A stretch of DNA of 56,466 nt from a virus (taxonomy: Duplodnaviria > Caudoviricetes), in IMG/VR virus record IMGVR_UViG_3300027728_000001, positions 1-56,466 of that record; one strand, given 5' to 3'. A model generated the notes under the pieces. That model had not been told where the DNA came from, did not search any database, and worked only from the letters and a program-made list of their open reading frames with translations. The position numbers and the translations under genes are program-made. Of the stretch, positions 10,065-19,032 are shown in pieces; within the stretch, counting starts at the first letter, position 1; every line of letters begins with the position of its first letter.

Positions 10065-10219
10065 TAGCGATCCTCCTGCTGATTGGTCAGGGAGTCAGTC
10101 CCCACGCCCATGCCATACAGCATGCGGAGACGATCCATGTCCCCCGAAGGCAATTGGCCGATCTCAGCGATCAACTGCCGAAGGAAGTCCAGGTTTTGAA
10201 TGGCGATTGGGTTGTCCAT
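10064..10219 (-). CDS. 51-aa hypothetical protein (MDNPIAIQNLDFLRQLIAEI..), not in ORF track
   Basis: Fills the gap; its stop overlaps the next ATG. Confidence 0.6.
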   Translation of the reverse strand: MDNPIAIQNLDFLRQLIAEIGQLPSGDMDRLRMLYGMGVGTDSLTNQQEDR

Positions 10220-10223
10220 TTAG

Positions 10224-10257
10224 AAAACGGGGCCAGGATGAAAACACCCTGGCCCCG
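10224..10257 (-). terminator. Rho-independent terminator after the capsid genes
   Basis: 10-bp GC stem CGGGGCCAGG/CCTGGCCCCG followed by TTTT on the minus strand. Confidence 0.7.
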
Positions 10258-10280
10258 CCCCCGAAAGCCCGTTAGGGCAA

Positions 10281-10853
10281 TTACTTCACTGGCGTGTTGA
10301 CCAATGCCAAGACCGCAGAGCCCGTGGTCGCACCCGCGCTTGCCGCGTAGCCGATCACACCGCGGGCGTCACCACCCGTGGTCAGAGGAGCAATCGTCAC
10401 CCGTCCAGCCGCCGAGGCACCAGAGGTCGCCGCCGTTACAACAGCCAGCCGGCTGCGTACCGTGACATCCGACCCTGACAGTGCTACGGCCACTTCGGTC
10501 GGCCCGTTGACCGTCGCCCAGAAGACATCGTTCACGGCCACGCCAGCGGCGGGCAGGAACTCATCAACCACGCCGACGAACTCTTCCCCCGCCACGGCAG
10601 CGTAGCCGTCAGCAGCACCGAAGAGAGCCGTACCGTTACCGGCCAGCCGCACAACCCGCTTGGGCAGCAAGGCTGCGCCAGAGGTGTTGCGGACAGCGAC
10701 ACAGATCTTGGGACGATTGCTACGAATCGTACCATTGATGGGGTTCGTATCAACGAACTCCTTCACACAACCAACCCAGCCAGTGCCGTCCGTTACAAGC
10801 GAGACGCCAAGCGTCTGGCCCAGAGCGAACGGCGGATCGTTCGACAGTGACAT
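10281..10853 (-). CDS. Capsid decoration/cement protein (putative)
   Basis: 190 aa, Ala/Gly/Val-rich, directly after the major capsid gene. Confidence 0.6.
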   Translation of the reverse strand: MSLSNDPPFALGQTLGVSLVTDGTGWVGCVKEFVDTNPINGTIRSNRPKICVAVRNTSGAALLPKRVVRLAGNGTALFGAADGYAAVAGEEFVGVVDEFLPAAGVAVNDVFWATVNGPTEVAVALSGSDVTVRSRLAVVTAATSGASAAGRVTIAPLTTGGDARGVIGYAASAGATTGSAVLALVNTPVK

Positions 10854-10871
10854 AGTTCTATAAGTCCTTTC

Positions 10872-11981
10872 TCAGGCGAGGTTAGAGAGTTTGAAAAAGT
10901 TGCGTGGCGACTTAAATTTCAGGTTGCCAAGCGTTGACACAACATAGCGATATTGCTGGGTGATTTCGTCGTAGAAAGGCCCTTCGCTCTGAAGGAGTTG
11001 ACCTTCCATGCAGAGCAGTTCCATGTTGCCGATGGCCAAGCCGTAGCCGGTGTTGGCGGGGACAGAATTTTCCCCCGAAATTTCCACCCCGTCCAGCTCA
11101 AATACATCAGTAAATCCATAAGAACGCAGGCCGTTAGTACGACTGACAATCACACGCTCCTTGGCGTCCAGCGTGTTGAGGAAGTCAATGAACAGGCGTC
11201 GATCCAGCAGCACCATGTCCACCTGGTCTTCCTTGCTGTCGTTCCGGCGAGTCTGGTGAATTGCTTCACGCACCGCCTTCACGCAGTTGGCCGACCACGT
11301 TGTCCCACCGAAGTAGGAGCTGGTGTAGTTGACCTGCACCGGCGTGAAGAAATCCATTTCTGGATCTGCATCGCCGTTCGGCCAGATGCCGCTCTTCTGC
11401 GAGCCGCCGTAGGCACCAAGCACAGTCGAAAGACCGGCGTAGGTGTCGCTGGGGTAGCCGAAGGGATCCAAGACATTCGCCGTCCGCTGAGCGCCAGTGG
11501 CAACATTGATGGTGCCGTTGTTGGCCATAAAGCTTTCGATCCCATGGAATCGCAGCTCATTGCCAGCAGCGTAGCCGTCGTTGATCCACTCCTTTGCAAG
11601 GTACTGCTCCATGCTCGTCAGAAGACGGCTGGACAGCTTGCCGGCGACGTTGATCAGAGCCTGTGCGCTCCGATTCTCCAACATCTCCTTTTTGTAAATT
11701 GCGTCAGTGACCTGTGCGCCCCGATAGTCTAACTCCAGATTTTTCCAGAGGTTCTGGCGGGCGAAGGTGCGAGGAGTCTCACCATTGTTGCCGCTCGGCG
11801 TGTGATTTCTGTACTGGATTTCCCAGTCGAAACCCCTGCCTGACATGTTGGTTCGCACCTGGCCGGAACCTTCCAGCGCGGCGAACACTTTATACTTACG
11901 AAGCGATGCAACCTCCTCCTCACGGAGATGGTTTACAATCGTCGTTGCAATTGACCTCGCCCAGTCAGTACTGCTGCTCAT
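10872..11981 (-). CDS. Major capsid protein
   Basis: 369 aa; follows the scaffold; capsid-like ENRSAQALIN..GIES and C-terminal GNLKFKSPR. Confidence 0.82.
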   Translation of the reverse strand: MSSSTDWARSIATTIVNHLREEEVASLRKYKVFAALEGSGQVRTNMSGRGFDWEIQYRNHTPSGNNGETPRTFARQNLWKNLELDYRGAQVTDAIYKKEMLENRSAQALINVAGKLSSRLLTSMEQYLAKEWINDGYAAGNELRFHGIESFMANNGTINVATGAQRTANVLDPFGYPSDTYAGLSTVLGAYGGSQKSGIWPNGDADPEMDFFTPVQVNYTSSYFGGTTWSANCVKAVREAIHQTRRNDSKEDQVDMVLLDRRLFIDFLNTLDAKERVIVSRTNGLRSYGFTDVFELDGVEISGENSVPANTGYGLAIGNMELLCMEGQLLQSEGPFYDEITQQYRYVVSTLGNLKFKSPRNFFKLSNLA

Positions 11982-12988
11982 CAGATAACTCCATCAGTTA
12001 CAAGTTGGCTTTTCAGCCGTTCTTCAAAACTCATCCTCGCACGCGGTGCGCGAGGTTCAGTAGTTCCAGCACTTCGGTTCGGGGTGCGGGTCGCTCGTTC
12101 CCGTAGGAACTCCATGTTCTGCTGTGCCACTGGGTCTGCCGGGAGAGCAGGCGGTGGTGCATAGGCCGGCGGGGCGTTCTGCATCTGCTGATAGCGGACG
12201 TTCAGCAGATCCCGCTGCAGCATGCCAGTGGCGTACTTCCAGCGGTCGTTCGGGGACTGAATGCCCAACTGCTGAGCCTGGTTGATGTACTGCGAGATAG
12301 CCTGACCTTCCCGGGTGGGATTGCCCTGCTGGTCGTACAGCCAGTCCGCATTCTGACGCTCCAGATCCTGCACGTAGTTCTGCGTCTGGTACTGGCCCAG
12401 ATGCTGCTGAACCATCTCCTGAGCCTTCTGGATCGCTACCTGCTCAACGAAGGGTTTCAGCGTGTTCTCGGGATCGGTGACCAGCTTGCGGGCGAAGTCC
12501 GCGGTGTACTGCTGGTACTCACGCAGAGACTGCTGAGCCTCATACGGAGCGTCCGGTGAGATGACTTCCTTGCCAGTGGCAGGATCACGGACGATGTAGC
12601 TCTTCCAAGTGTCTTTGACCTGCGGGGGCGACCACCACTTTGGAGCTTCTGGCTCCTTGGGCTTGGCGGCTTCTGCCTGGGACTTTCTCCAAGTCTCAAA
12701 CTCACGCTGGTTCCGCAGATACTCTTGGGCGTAGGGAACGACCTGCTGGTACTGCTGGAGCTGCCGCTGGGTTTCCCCGTAGCCGTTGTATGCCTTGTAC
12801 AGGTTCTGGGCGATTGAGAGATCGTCCTGACCCTGGAAGTCCGGAAGATGCCGGAAAGCAGAGTAGGGGGTATCAAAGCCGGGAGAAGAAGTCTCTGAAC
12901 CGGCCGACGACTCTGTAACGGGTGCTTCGTAGCCTACATCCGCTACGGGAGCTTCCTGCGTCTGGAGATCGGGTGTTTCGTCTGACAT
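11981..12988 (-). CDS. Capsid scaffolding protein (putative)
   Basis: Acidic N-terminus, Gln-rich helical body, coupled to MCP. Confidence 0.65.
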   Translation of the reverse strand: MSDETPDLQTQEAPVADVGYEAPVTESSAGSETSSPGFDTPYSAFRHLPDFQGQDDLSIAQNLYKAYNGYGETQRQLQQYQQVVPYAQEYLRNQREFETWRKSQAEAAKPKEPEAPKWWSPPQVKDTWKSYIVRDPATGKEVISPDAPYEAQQSLREYQQYTADFARKLVTDPENTLKPFVEQVAIQKAQEMVQQHLGQYQTQNYVQDLERQNADWLYDQQGNPTREGQAISQYINQAQQLGIQSPNDRWKYATGMLQRDLLNVRYQQMQNAPPAYAPPPALPADPVAQQNMEFLRERATRTPNRSAGTTEPRAPRARMSFEERLKSQLVTDGVI

Positions 12989-13096
12989 GTAAATCCTTTC
13001 GGGGGAAGGGTCTACATGGCTACTGTCCTATTTACGCGGTTTTGTTACGGTGGTGTAACGAAACCTATGCCCATCTACAGAACGACAGAGGTTTTG

Positions 13097-14014
13097 TTAC
13101 TGGTCTTCACCGTAGGGGGATGCGGCGCCGGCGGCTATGGCTCCCGGTACGGCATACTTGCGCAGGATGCGGATCTGGTCTTCGGTGCCTGGGAACATTA
13201 CGTAGTTGCGTGTGCCGTCTCCAACCTTCCGCGAGCCTGAGTCTAGATACTGAATGCCGGGAATACCTTCTTGCAGCAGTGCCTCTGCCGCGCTGCGTGA
13301 CTTGTACTTATTCAATCCCAGCGCTGGGTGATTCGTTGGCCGAAACGCATCCGCAATGGCGTGGTAGGCGGATTCCCCCTCCAACTCTCTGGTAAGCCAC
13401 TCCATCATTCGATCTGCGGCCTGCCGGTCTGGGGCCACCGAAGCGATTCGCTCCATCGCACTCTTAAGATGCGGCTGTTCGCTGATGGGGCTGTCCCAAT
13501 CCAGCAGCGATCTTTCCGGGTGTGCAATCTCAACTTCGTAGGTATGACCCGGGCGGCGTGGTGGTCGGCCTAGAAATCGATCAACCTCGTCAATGCTGGG
13601 CGACGTTCGGTGAACCCTCGGGCGCTCGCCGTAAATCGGATTGCCAGCCTTGTCTACACTAATCACTTCAACCGCCCAGTCCCAAGGCGAGTCCTTTGGC
13701 TGATGAAAGTTCAGAACCTTGTCTCTCCCTCCGTATCCATTTATGACGTTACCGGGCGCAAAATACGCTGGCAGATCAGCGTCGGGAGCCAATCTGGCCG
13801 GCGAATAGCTGCCAGCCAGCCTAGTGCGGTAACCACTCGCAATGGACTCGTTTCCCGCAAAGTACAACCCATGCCCATATGCCTGCGCCCCTTCGCCCGT
13901 GCCAATCTTGCTGGCATCGAACTTGTCGAAGTCATACGGGCTACCGTGATAGGCGCGGATGACTTGGCGTACCGAGTCCCCGGCATCGTCCACATACCTA
14001 ATAGGGTTTGGCAT
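13097..14014 (-). CDS. ART-PolyVal-like (ADP-ribosyltransferase fold) protein
   Basis: AYHGSPYDFDKFD..IGTGEGAQAYGHGLYFA and GIPGIQYLD..NYVMF signatures. Confidence 0.7.
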   Translation of the reverse strand: MPNPIRYVDDAGDSVRQVIRAYHGSPYDFDKFDASKIGTGEGAQAYGHGLYFAGNESIASGYRTRLAGSYSPARLAPDADLPAYFAPGNVINGYGGRDKVLNFHQPKDSPWDWAVEVISVDKAGNPIYGERPRVHRTSPSIDEVDRFLGRPPRRPGHTYEVEIAHPERSLLDWDSPISEQPHLKSAMERIASVAPDRQAADRMMEWLTRELEGESAYHAIADAFRPTNHPALGLNKYKSRSAAEALLQEGIPGIQYLDSGSRKVGDGTRNYVMFPGTEDQIRILRKYAVPGAIAAGAASPYGEDQ

Positions 14015-14882
14015 CTCGCTCCGCTTTCTTACGCGCTTCCTCTCGGGCGTACTCAGAGGTCGCTAGGAATGCTGTGGGTAACGCAGCCTCTGAACCCAAG
14101 ACAGCGGCTCCGCGCAGGTATTTCCCGGCTGTCAACGCGCGGATACCAGTGCCAATCTCTGTGACAGGATCCGTGAGCATGTCGATGACGAAGCCTGCGG
14201 CACGCTGGGGGAAACCTCTTAAGCCTGCCTCACCTGCCACCTGAGTGCCATGAACCAAGCCCTGCCAGGCATGCGTTTCGTATGGGGAGTGATTGGGCAG
14301 GATCCTGGCACCCTTCTGCTCGGGCTGCATGTAGGCACTGAGATCCGCTATGGGACGCATCCCTTCTGCGTTGCGTTCTGCTTCCCACGCCTGTTGCATG
14401 GGGTTGTTTCCACCCCTCAATGCACCCAGAGCTAGGCGATCTGCTGAGTTCTCAAAGTCTACGTCAGCATTCGGCACACCTGCGGCCATGCGAGCTGCAT
14501 TCAGACCCGTCGAAGACACCGACTGCATCCAGTCTGTTCCATTACGCAGTGGCTGGCCGTAGGCAAGGACTCCCCGATTCCAATAGGGGGAAGCCTGTTC
14601 GTCACGGCGGTCTACTGCCTCCACAAGAGGCTGCGGCAGGGAGTCGTTGAACTCCACACCGCGCCCATCGTTCACCATCCGGTCACGCATGCCGGCGACC
14701 TTCCCCAAGAAACTAGACCTCCGCATATCCTGCTGGTAATGCGGCTGGGTCTTCACTTGGTAGGCCAGGATGCCAGGGTGATTGATGGCAAGAGACATCA
14801 TCCCCGGCAGTTCGTACTTCTCCTGCTCGGCTTCAGCCCGGTAACGCTCAATCTCCTCCATCAACTCACGGATCTCAGCCAT
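13998..14882 (-). CDS. Hypothetical protein, probably internal virion protein
   Basis: 294-aa ORF in the late operon. Confidence 0.7.
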   Translation of the reverse strand: MAEIRELMEEIERYRAEAEQEKYELPGMMSLAINHPGILAYQVKTQPHYQQDMRRSSFLGKVAGMRDRMVNDGRGVEFNDSLPQPLVEAVDRRDEQASPYWNRGVLAYGQPLRNGTDWMQSVSSTGLNAARMAAGVPNADVDFENSADRLALGALRGGNNPMQQAWEAERNAEGMRPIADLSAYMQPEQKGARILPNHSPYETHAWQGLVHGTQVAGEAGLRGFPQRAAGFVIDMLTDPVTEIGTGIRALTAGKYLRGAAVLGSEAALPTAFLATSEYAREEARKKAERDAKPY

Positions 14883-14888
14883 TGCGGT

Positions 14889-15143
14889 TCACCATTTAAT
14901 TTTATTAGCCCAAAAGGCCGCGGACATCTTGCCCTTCGCAATATTGGACGCATGCCGGGCTTTGAATGCTTCGTTTCTGGCAGAGCCGTCTGGGGAACCC
15001 TCAACGCCCTGTTGCCCAAAGCGGATCAATCGCTCCTCGCCCCCAGACTTCGCCAAGACCATGTGCGACTTCTCTGGATGATTAGGAGTACGCACGGGCT
15101 GGTTGGGTATCAACTTACGAACACGGTCACCCTCTCTGTCCAC
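14889..15143 (-). CDS. Small basic phage protein (DUF5754-like)
   Basis: LIRFGQQG..R..FKARH..SAAFWA..KW motif. Confidence 0.65.
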   Translation of the reverse strand: MDREGDRVRKLIPNQPVRTPNHPEKSHMVLAKSGGEERLIRFGQQGVEGSPDGSARNEAFKARHASNIAKGKMSAAFWANKIKW

Positions 15144-15282
15144 TTACCTTCCTCCATTGCTTGGAATCGGGGTAGTCCTTATCACCAGGCTTTGCGGGTG
15201 CCTCGCCCCGCTCACGTTTGGCGTGGATATTTGCCCACAACCCCTTCTTCAACTCCCGAATCTTCCCACCTTCTTTGTCCAT
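15127..15282 (-). CDS. 51-aa small basic phage protein (GLWANIHAKRERGE..KPG), not in ORF track
   Basis: Translated by hand; motif common in small phage proteins. Confidence 0.7.
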   Translation of the reverse strand: MDKEGGKIRELKKGLWANIHAKRERGEAPAKPGDKDYPDSKQWRKVSGQRG

Positions 15283-15322
15283 TACTCGTCCCAGTCATCG
15301 TCAAAGAGAAAGTCAAACATGT

Positions 15323-15772
15323 CTACTGCCACGGCGGCTGCCACAGGGGCGGATCCTTGCCAGAGGGGTCGTACGACCACGGCAACCGGAATGCGTTGCG
15401 GGCGGGAGGGTGTTCTTTTTCCCACGCCTCGGCGGCAGCGCGGCGGCGGACGGCACGCTCGTCGGCTGTCATCCGGTACTGCTCTAACACAAACTTCTCC
15501 AACGGCTGCGGCGGCGATCCGCTTTCCAAAAGACTCCGAGCCGCATCAGCTTGCGCCTGTTCAAATCCTTGGTCAACCAACACTGCGTGCAACCACTCAC
15601 CTCGCGACTTATTTTTGCTGTGAATGTATTGGCGGATCTTGTCTTCTTCGCTTATATGGTTACGGTCGTAATCATTGAATTTGCTGTTGAAAGGGAAGTC
15701 ACCCCAACCAGCTTGCCTGGCTGCTTTGTATCGTTCCGGCCAGCGAGCCGCATCATCGTCCGACACCGGCAT
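15323..15772 (-). CDS. Hypothetical protein
   Basis: GGAGG RBS before ATG 15772; TGATG coupling. Confidence 0.65.
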   Translation of the reverse strand: MPVSDDDAARWPERYKAARQAGWGDFPFNSKFNDYDRNHISEEDKIRQYIHSKNKSRGEWLHAVLVDQGFEQAQADAARSLLESGSPPQPLEKFVLEQYRMTADERAVRRRAAAEAWEKEHPPARNAFRLPWSYDPSGKDPPLWQPPWQ

Positions 15773-16314
15773 CAGACATCCTCCCATCGGCCGTTAATAA
15801 GCCGCTTCCTAGTAACACCCGTCTGTAACTGTCTCTGAAGAATACGATCCTTCTCCCGCCCCTCTTGCTCTATAGCCAGACGACGCAAGAGAGACTCCTG
15901 ACGAAGACGCTCCTTCTCCATCTCAAAGTTCCGCTCCTGCTGGGCAGCAGCCTGCTCAACCCGGGAGCGATTCTCATCCCGGTATGCCTTCTGCACGCCA
16001 GCGATCATTCCTTGGAGGTGCTGTCCCTGAGCAACCGGGCCAAACGCTTCCACAAAGGCTTCTTGGGCCGCAGGAGGCCCCTGTGCGGCTTGTTGCCTGA
16101 ACGGGCGTCTAGAGGCCTGCTGGGGGCCTTGCTGGGCATTCGGCTGTGGGGGAGGGGCGAAGGGGTTATTGCCCTGCGCACGCCGGCGGTTGCGGGCGAT
16201 CAGCAGCTTACGTGCTTCGTCCCGTACCTTCGGATCCCCGGACTGCAGGCGAGCTGTGATGTCAGAATCAAACTCTTCTTCGTTGCCCCACCAGGTCGCA
16301 TCACTCATTTCCAT
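15772..16314 (-). CDS. Hypothetical Gln-rich protein, first gene of the head operon
   Basis: AGGAGG RBS; preceded by the late-promoter-like motif. Confidence 0.7.
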   Translation of the reverse strand: MEMSDATWWGNEEEFDSDITARLQSGDPKVRDEARKLLIARNRRRAQGNNPFAPPPQPNAQQGPQQASRRPFRQQAAQGPPAAQEAFVEAFGPVAQGQHLQGMIAGVQKAYRDENRSRVEQAAAQQERNFEMEKERLRQESLLRRLAIEQEGREKDRILQRQLQTGVTRKRLINGRWEDV

Positions 16315-16762
16315 GTATTGCCCTCCTATAGGTCAGTGGCTTGCAGCGACAGCGGGCACTCACAGGGGCTTAAAATAGGGCAGAAGCGAAATCGACACGC
16401 TCGGGCTTGTGGTGGGCAAGTGCTAAAACCGCGGGAAAAGCGACATTGGGGGCCAGAGGGGTGAAAAAATCCAGGGGTGGATATGACTGGTATTCAGCCT
16501 TGGCTTGGGGGGGGAGGGGGGGCCTATCCGGTGATTCCCCGCGTCGTCGATTCGACCTAAGCCCCTGCCGCAAATGGACTTACGGCGTCCGCCCTGGTTT
16601 CGTAGCGGATTCATAGGAATCATCACTAATTTGATAATCATTGTTTTTTCTTTTCGATCCAGACCCGTGCATTCCCCCCCCCGTATCCATTTGTTCACTA
16701 CTATCCCCCCGTTCACTGGTTTTCTGTATACTGTACCCCCGTACACTCCCGCCTGGTGGCAT

Positions 16763-16798
16763 AAAAAAAGCCCCCTCCCCACTATAGGGAGGGGGCTT
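16763..16798 (-). terminator. Rho-independent terminator
   Basis: GCCCCCTCCC/GGGAGGGGGC stem plus T7 tract on the minus strand, 10 nt after the 16809 stop. Confidence 0.85.
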
Positions 16799-16808
16799 GT
16801 CGGCTGGC

Positions 16809-17558
16809 CTAATCCGCTGTTGGCCGGTGGGTGAGCCGGTTTGCCAGATCGTCCGCCGACCATGGCGACGGCGTCACGGGCGACATGTCGGCTACGAACC
16901 TACCCCTCACATCCCTGCCCCGGAGTGCCGCCTGTATCTTCCCACCAGAGGAAGGCCTTGTCTTAGCCTTGCCGATATGCCGGTTGAGTATTGTCCCCCT
17001 GTGGCGTACCCCATAGATGGTCACCCTCTCTACCCTGATGGCGGTATAGGTGGCGTGCCTGCCGACGACGCTAATCAGGGTGAAATGGCGGTTCCGTGTC
17101 CTAACCGCCTTTTTACGCCTCTCACGCTGGCGGTCGCTTACATACCGTAGCCCCTGCATGGCCGTTTCTTCGGCCATCAGGATAGCCAGAGGGGATGGTG
17201 TACGGCTGTCCTCACTGGTTCCGCTACTGGGCGTATCGTCCCATCCGGCGGCGCGCGCCTTTGCGGCCTTTGCGATCCGTTTCTTTTCGCGTTCGTCGTC
17301 TCGGGTAGTGCCGTGCCACCCCCTGAGCCGCCACCAGCTGCATTGCCGCGCCACCGCGTGCAGGTCGGACTCCGGTTCCCATTCGGAATAGTCCGCTGTT
17401 TGCCAGTCATAAATAATTCTGGCCGAAATCTCCTCGCGGGCCTCCGGGGATAGTGGGCGGGGGCCGTCCGCCTTTGAATGCTTCGCTACATACCGTTTGC
17501 TGAATAGCACCATTTGGCGAGCCGTTAGGTCGGACACTGTACGGGGATTGTAAGACAT
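16809..17558 (-). CDS. Basic hypothetical protein in its own transcription unit
   Basis: GGAG RBS, upstream promoter, downstream terminator. Confidence 0.7.
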   Translation of the reverse strand: MSYNPRTVSDLTARQMVLFSKRYVAKHSKADGPRPLSPEAREEISARIIYDWQTADYSEWEPESDLHAVARQCSWWRLRGWHGTTRDDEREKKRIAKAAKARAAGWDDTPSSGTSEDSRTPSPLAILMAEETAMQGLRYVSDRQRERRKKAVRTRNRHFTLISVVGRHATYTAIRVERVTIYGVRHRGTILNRHIGKAKTRPSSGGKIQAALRGRDVRGRFVADMSPVTPSPWSADDLANRLTHRPTAD

Positions 17559-17609
17559 TGCCTAGACTCCGTTGTTGGTGGGAAAGCGGAATGCTGTCCC
17601 GATGGATTT

Positions 17610-17638
17610 ACTATCGGCATTATCATTTCCGTTGTCAA
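17610..17638 (-). promoter_or_regulatory. Sigma70-type promoter
   Basis: TTGACA-17 bp-GATAGT on the minus strand. Confidence 0.55.
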
Positions 17639-17912
17639 CAACAAAATTGGAATTCCGAAAAGAATTGTTGGGGGCTCATTCCCATATATATATGTCAACG
17701 ATATGACACTCCCCACGGAATGACATGTCGTTGTCCATGACGACGGGCCATCTTCCTATCGTTATGCGACCCGCAATCACTCTGAAAACTTTTTCAGAAT
17801 TGTTGGCCAGTCCTTCCCATATAGATTGCTCAAATAATAACGAGCAATTTATGTCTTTCCGCGGGCAGGGGAGCTTTATGCTTCCCGCATGCGGGCAATC
17901 AAAGGAGGTTCA

Positions 17913-18122
17913 ATGTACTGTGTTACTAACTTCCGCTCTAAGAAAGAGCTGAAGGAAGCCGTGAAGAACGGGCAGGCCGGCGGCGTCTACCAAGTGGGGC
18001 CGTTTGGTGGTGGGGATTACTCCAACGGGCAGTTCGCCGTGGAGGGGCCGCACTATCCCGAGGCCCATAGGTGGTACGGGCAGGTGACAGTGAGAGACGG
18101 GCAGATTGTGTCTGCCAAGTGA
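17913..18122 (+). CDS. Small early protein (MYCVTNFRSKKELKEAV..EGPHYPEAHRWY)
   Basis: AAGGAGG RBS. Confidence 0.8.
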   Translation: MYCVTNFRSKKELKEAVKNGQAGGVYQVGPFGGGDYSNGQFAVEGPHYPEAHRWYGQVTVRDGQIVSAK

Positions 18123-18234
18123 CGACTTCGGATCGCGGGCAGATGGTAGCCGTCGGCGTAATAGGCACAGTGGTGCCGTGCCGCTGCCCGCATTCCGGTG
18201 CCGTTGTGGTTCCGGTTTCTTACAGGAGGTGCAT

Positions 18235-18981
18235 ATGGCTCTTCGCTATGCACCGGCCAACGCCAAGCTCTCCAAGCTGGAGAAGCGTCTGGGTGTCAAT
18301 GTCTACTCCTTTGACATGCTGTCAGGGGTGACTTGCCCGTTTGCGAATGACTGCCATTCCAAGGTGGTCGTCGTTGACGGCAAGCGGACAATCGTTGACG
18401 GCCCAAACACGTTGTTCCGGTGTTTCTCTGCCTCGCAAGAGGTGGTGTATCCGAATGTGTTTCTGGCCCGTCAGGCCAACACCGATGCGATCCTGCCCAT
18501 TGCGGCAGATTCGGTGCTGGGGGCAGCGGATGCCCTGGCGGATGCCCTACCTGCAGATGCAGGCTGTGTCCGCATCCATGTAGCGGGTGACTTTAAGTTG
18601 CTCAACTACTTCGATGCATGGCTGGAGTTGGCGTTCCGTAGGCCGGATGTCCGGTTCTATGCATACACCAAGAGCCTGCCATTCTGGATCAAGCGTCGGG
18701 CGATCCTGCCTGGCAACTTCCTGCTGACTGCGAGCAGGGGTGGCAAGGCTGACCATCTGATCGATGAGCATGGCCTGCGTGAAGCCCGCGTGGTGTTCAC
18801 TGAGCAGGAAGCAGAAGACTTGGGGCTGGAGATTGACCATGACGACAGTCACGCGGCTCTCCCCGGCCCATCGTTTGCCCTGCTGATCCACGGTGTTCAA
18901 CCTAAGGGATCAGAGGCTGGCAAGGCTGTGCGGGCCTTGCGGGGTGTGGGTTCTTACTCCAGACAGAAAGCGACGGTGTGA
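18235..18981 (+). CDS. GP88-family protein (Cys-rich, radical-SAM-like)
   Basis: NAKL..SF...GVTCPFA..C..CFSASQE, VRIHVAGDF and FYAYTKS motifs; AGGAGG RBS. Confidence 0.8.
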   Translation: MALRYAPANAKLSKLEKRLGVNVYSFDMLSGVTCPFANDCHSKVVVVDGKRTIVDGPNTLFRCFSASQEVVYPNVFLARQANTDAILPIAADSVLGAADALADALPADAGCVRIHVAGDFKLLNYFDAWLELAFRRPDVRFYAYTKSLPFWIKRRAILPGNFLLTASRGGKADHLIDEHGLREARVVFTEQEAEDLGLEIDHDDSHAALPGPSFALLIHGVQPKGSEAGKAVRALRGVGSYSRQKATV

Positions 18982-19032
18982 CATGCGGCGTGAAACGACG
19001 TTGATGGACTACTACTACAAGAAAGCGAGGGC

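Noticed and set aside
57-15678. Many long plus-strand ORFs opposite virion genes (also across 38-56 kb)
   Set aside because: They are antisense shadows of GC-rich minus-strand genes, without RBS or recognisable motifs.
16780-16791. T7-promoter-like CACTATAGGGAG
   Set aside because: It is part of a terminator hairpin, lacks TAATACGACT, and no single-subunit RNA polymerase is encoded.
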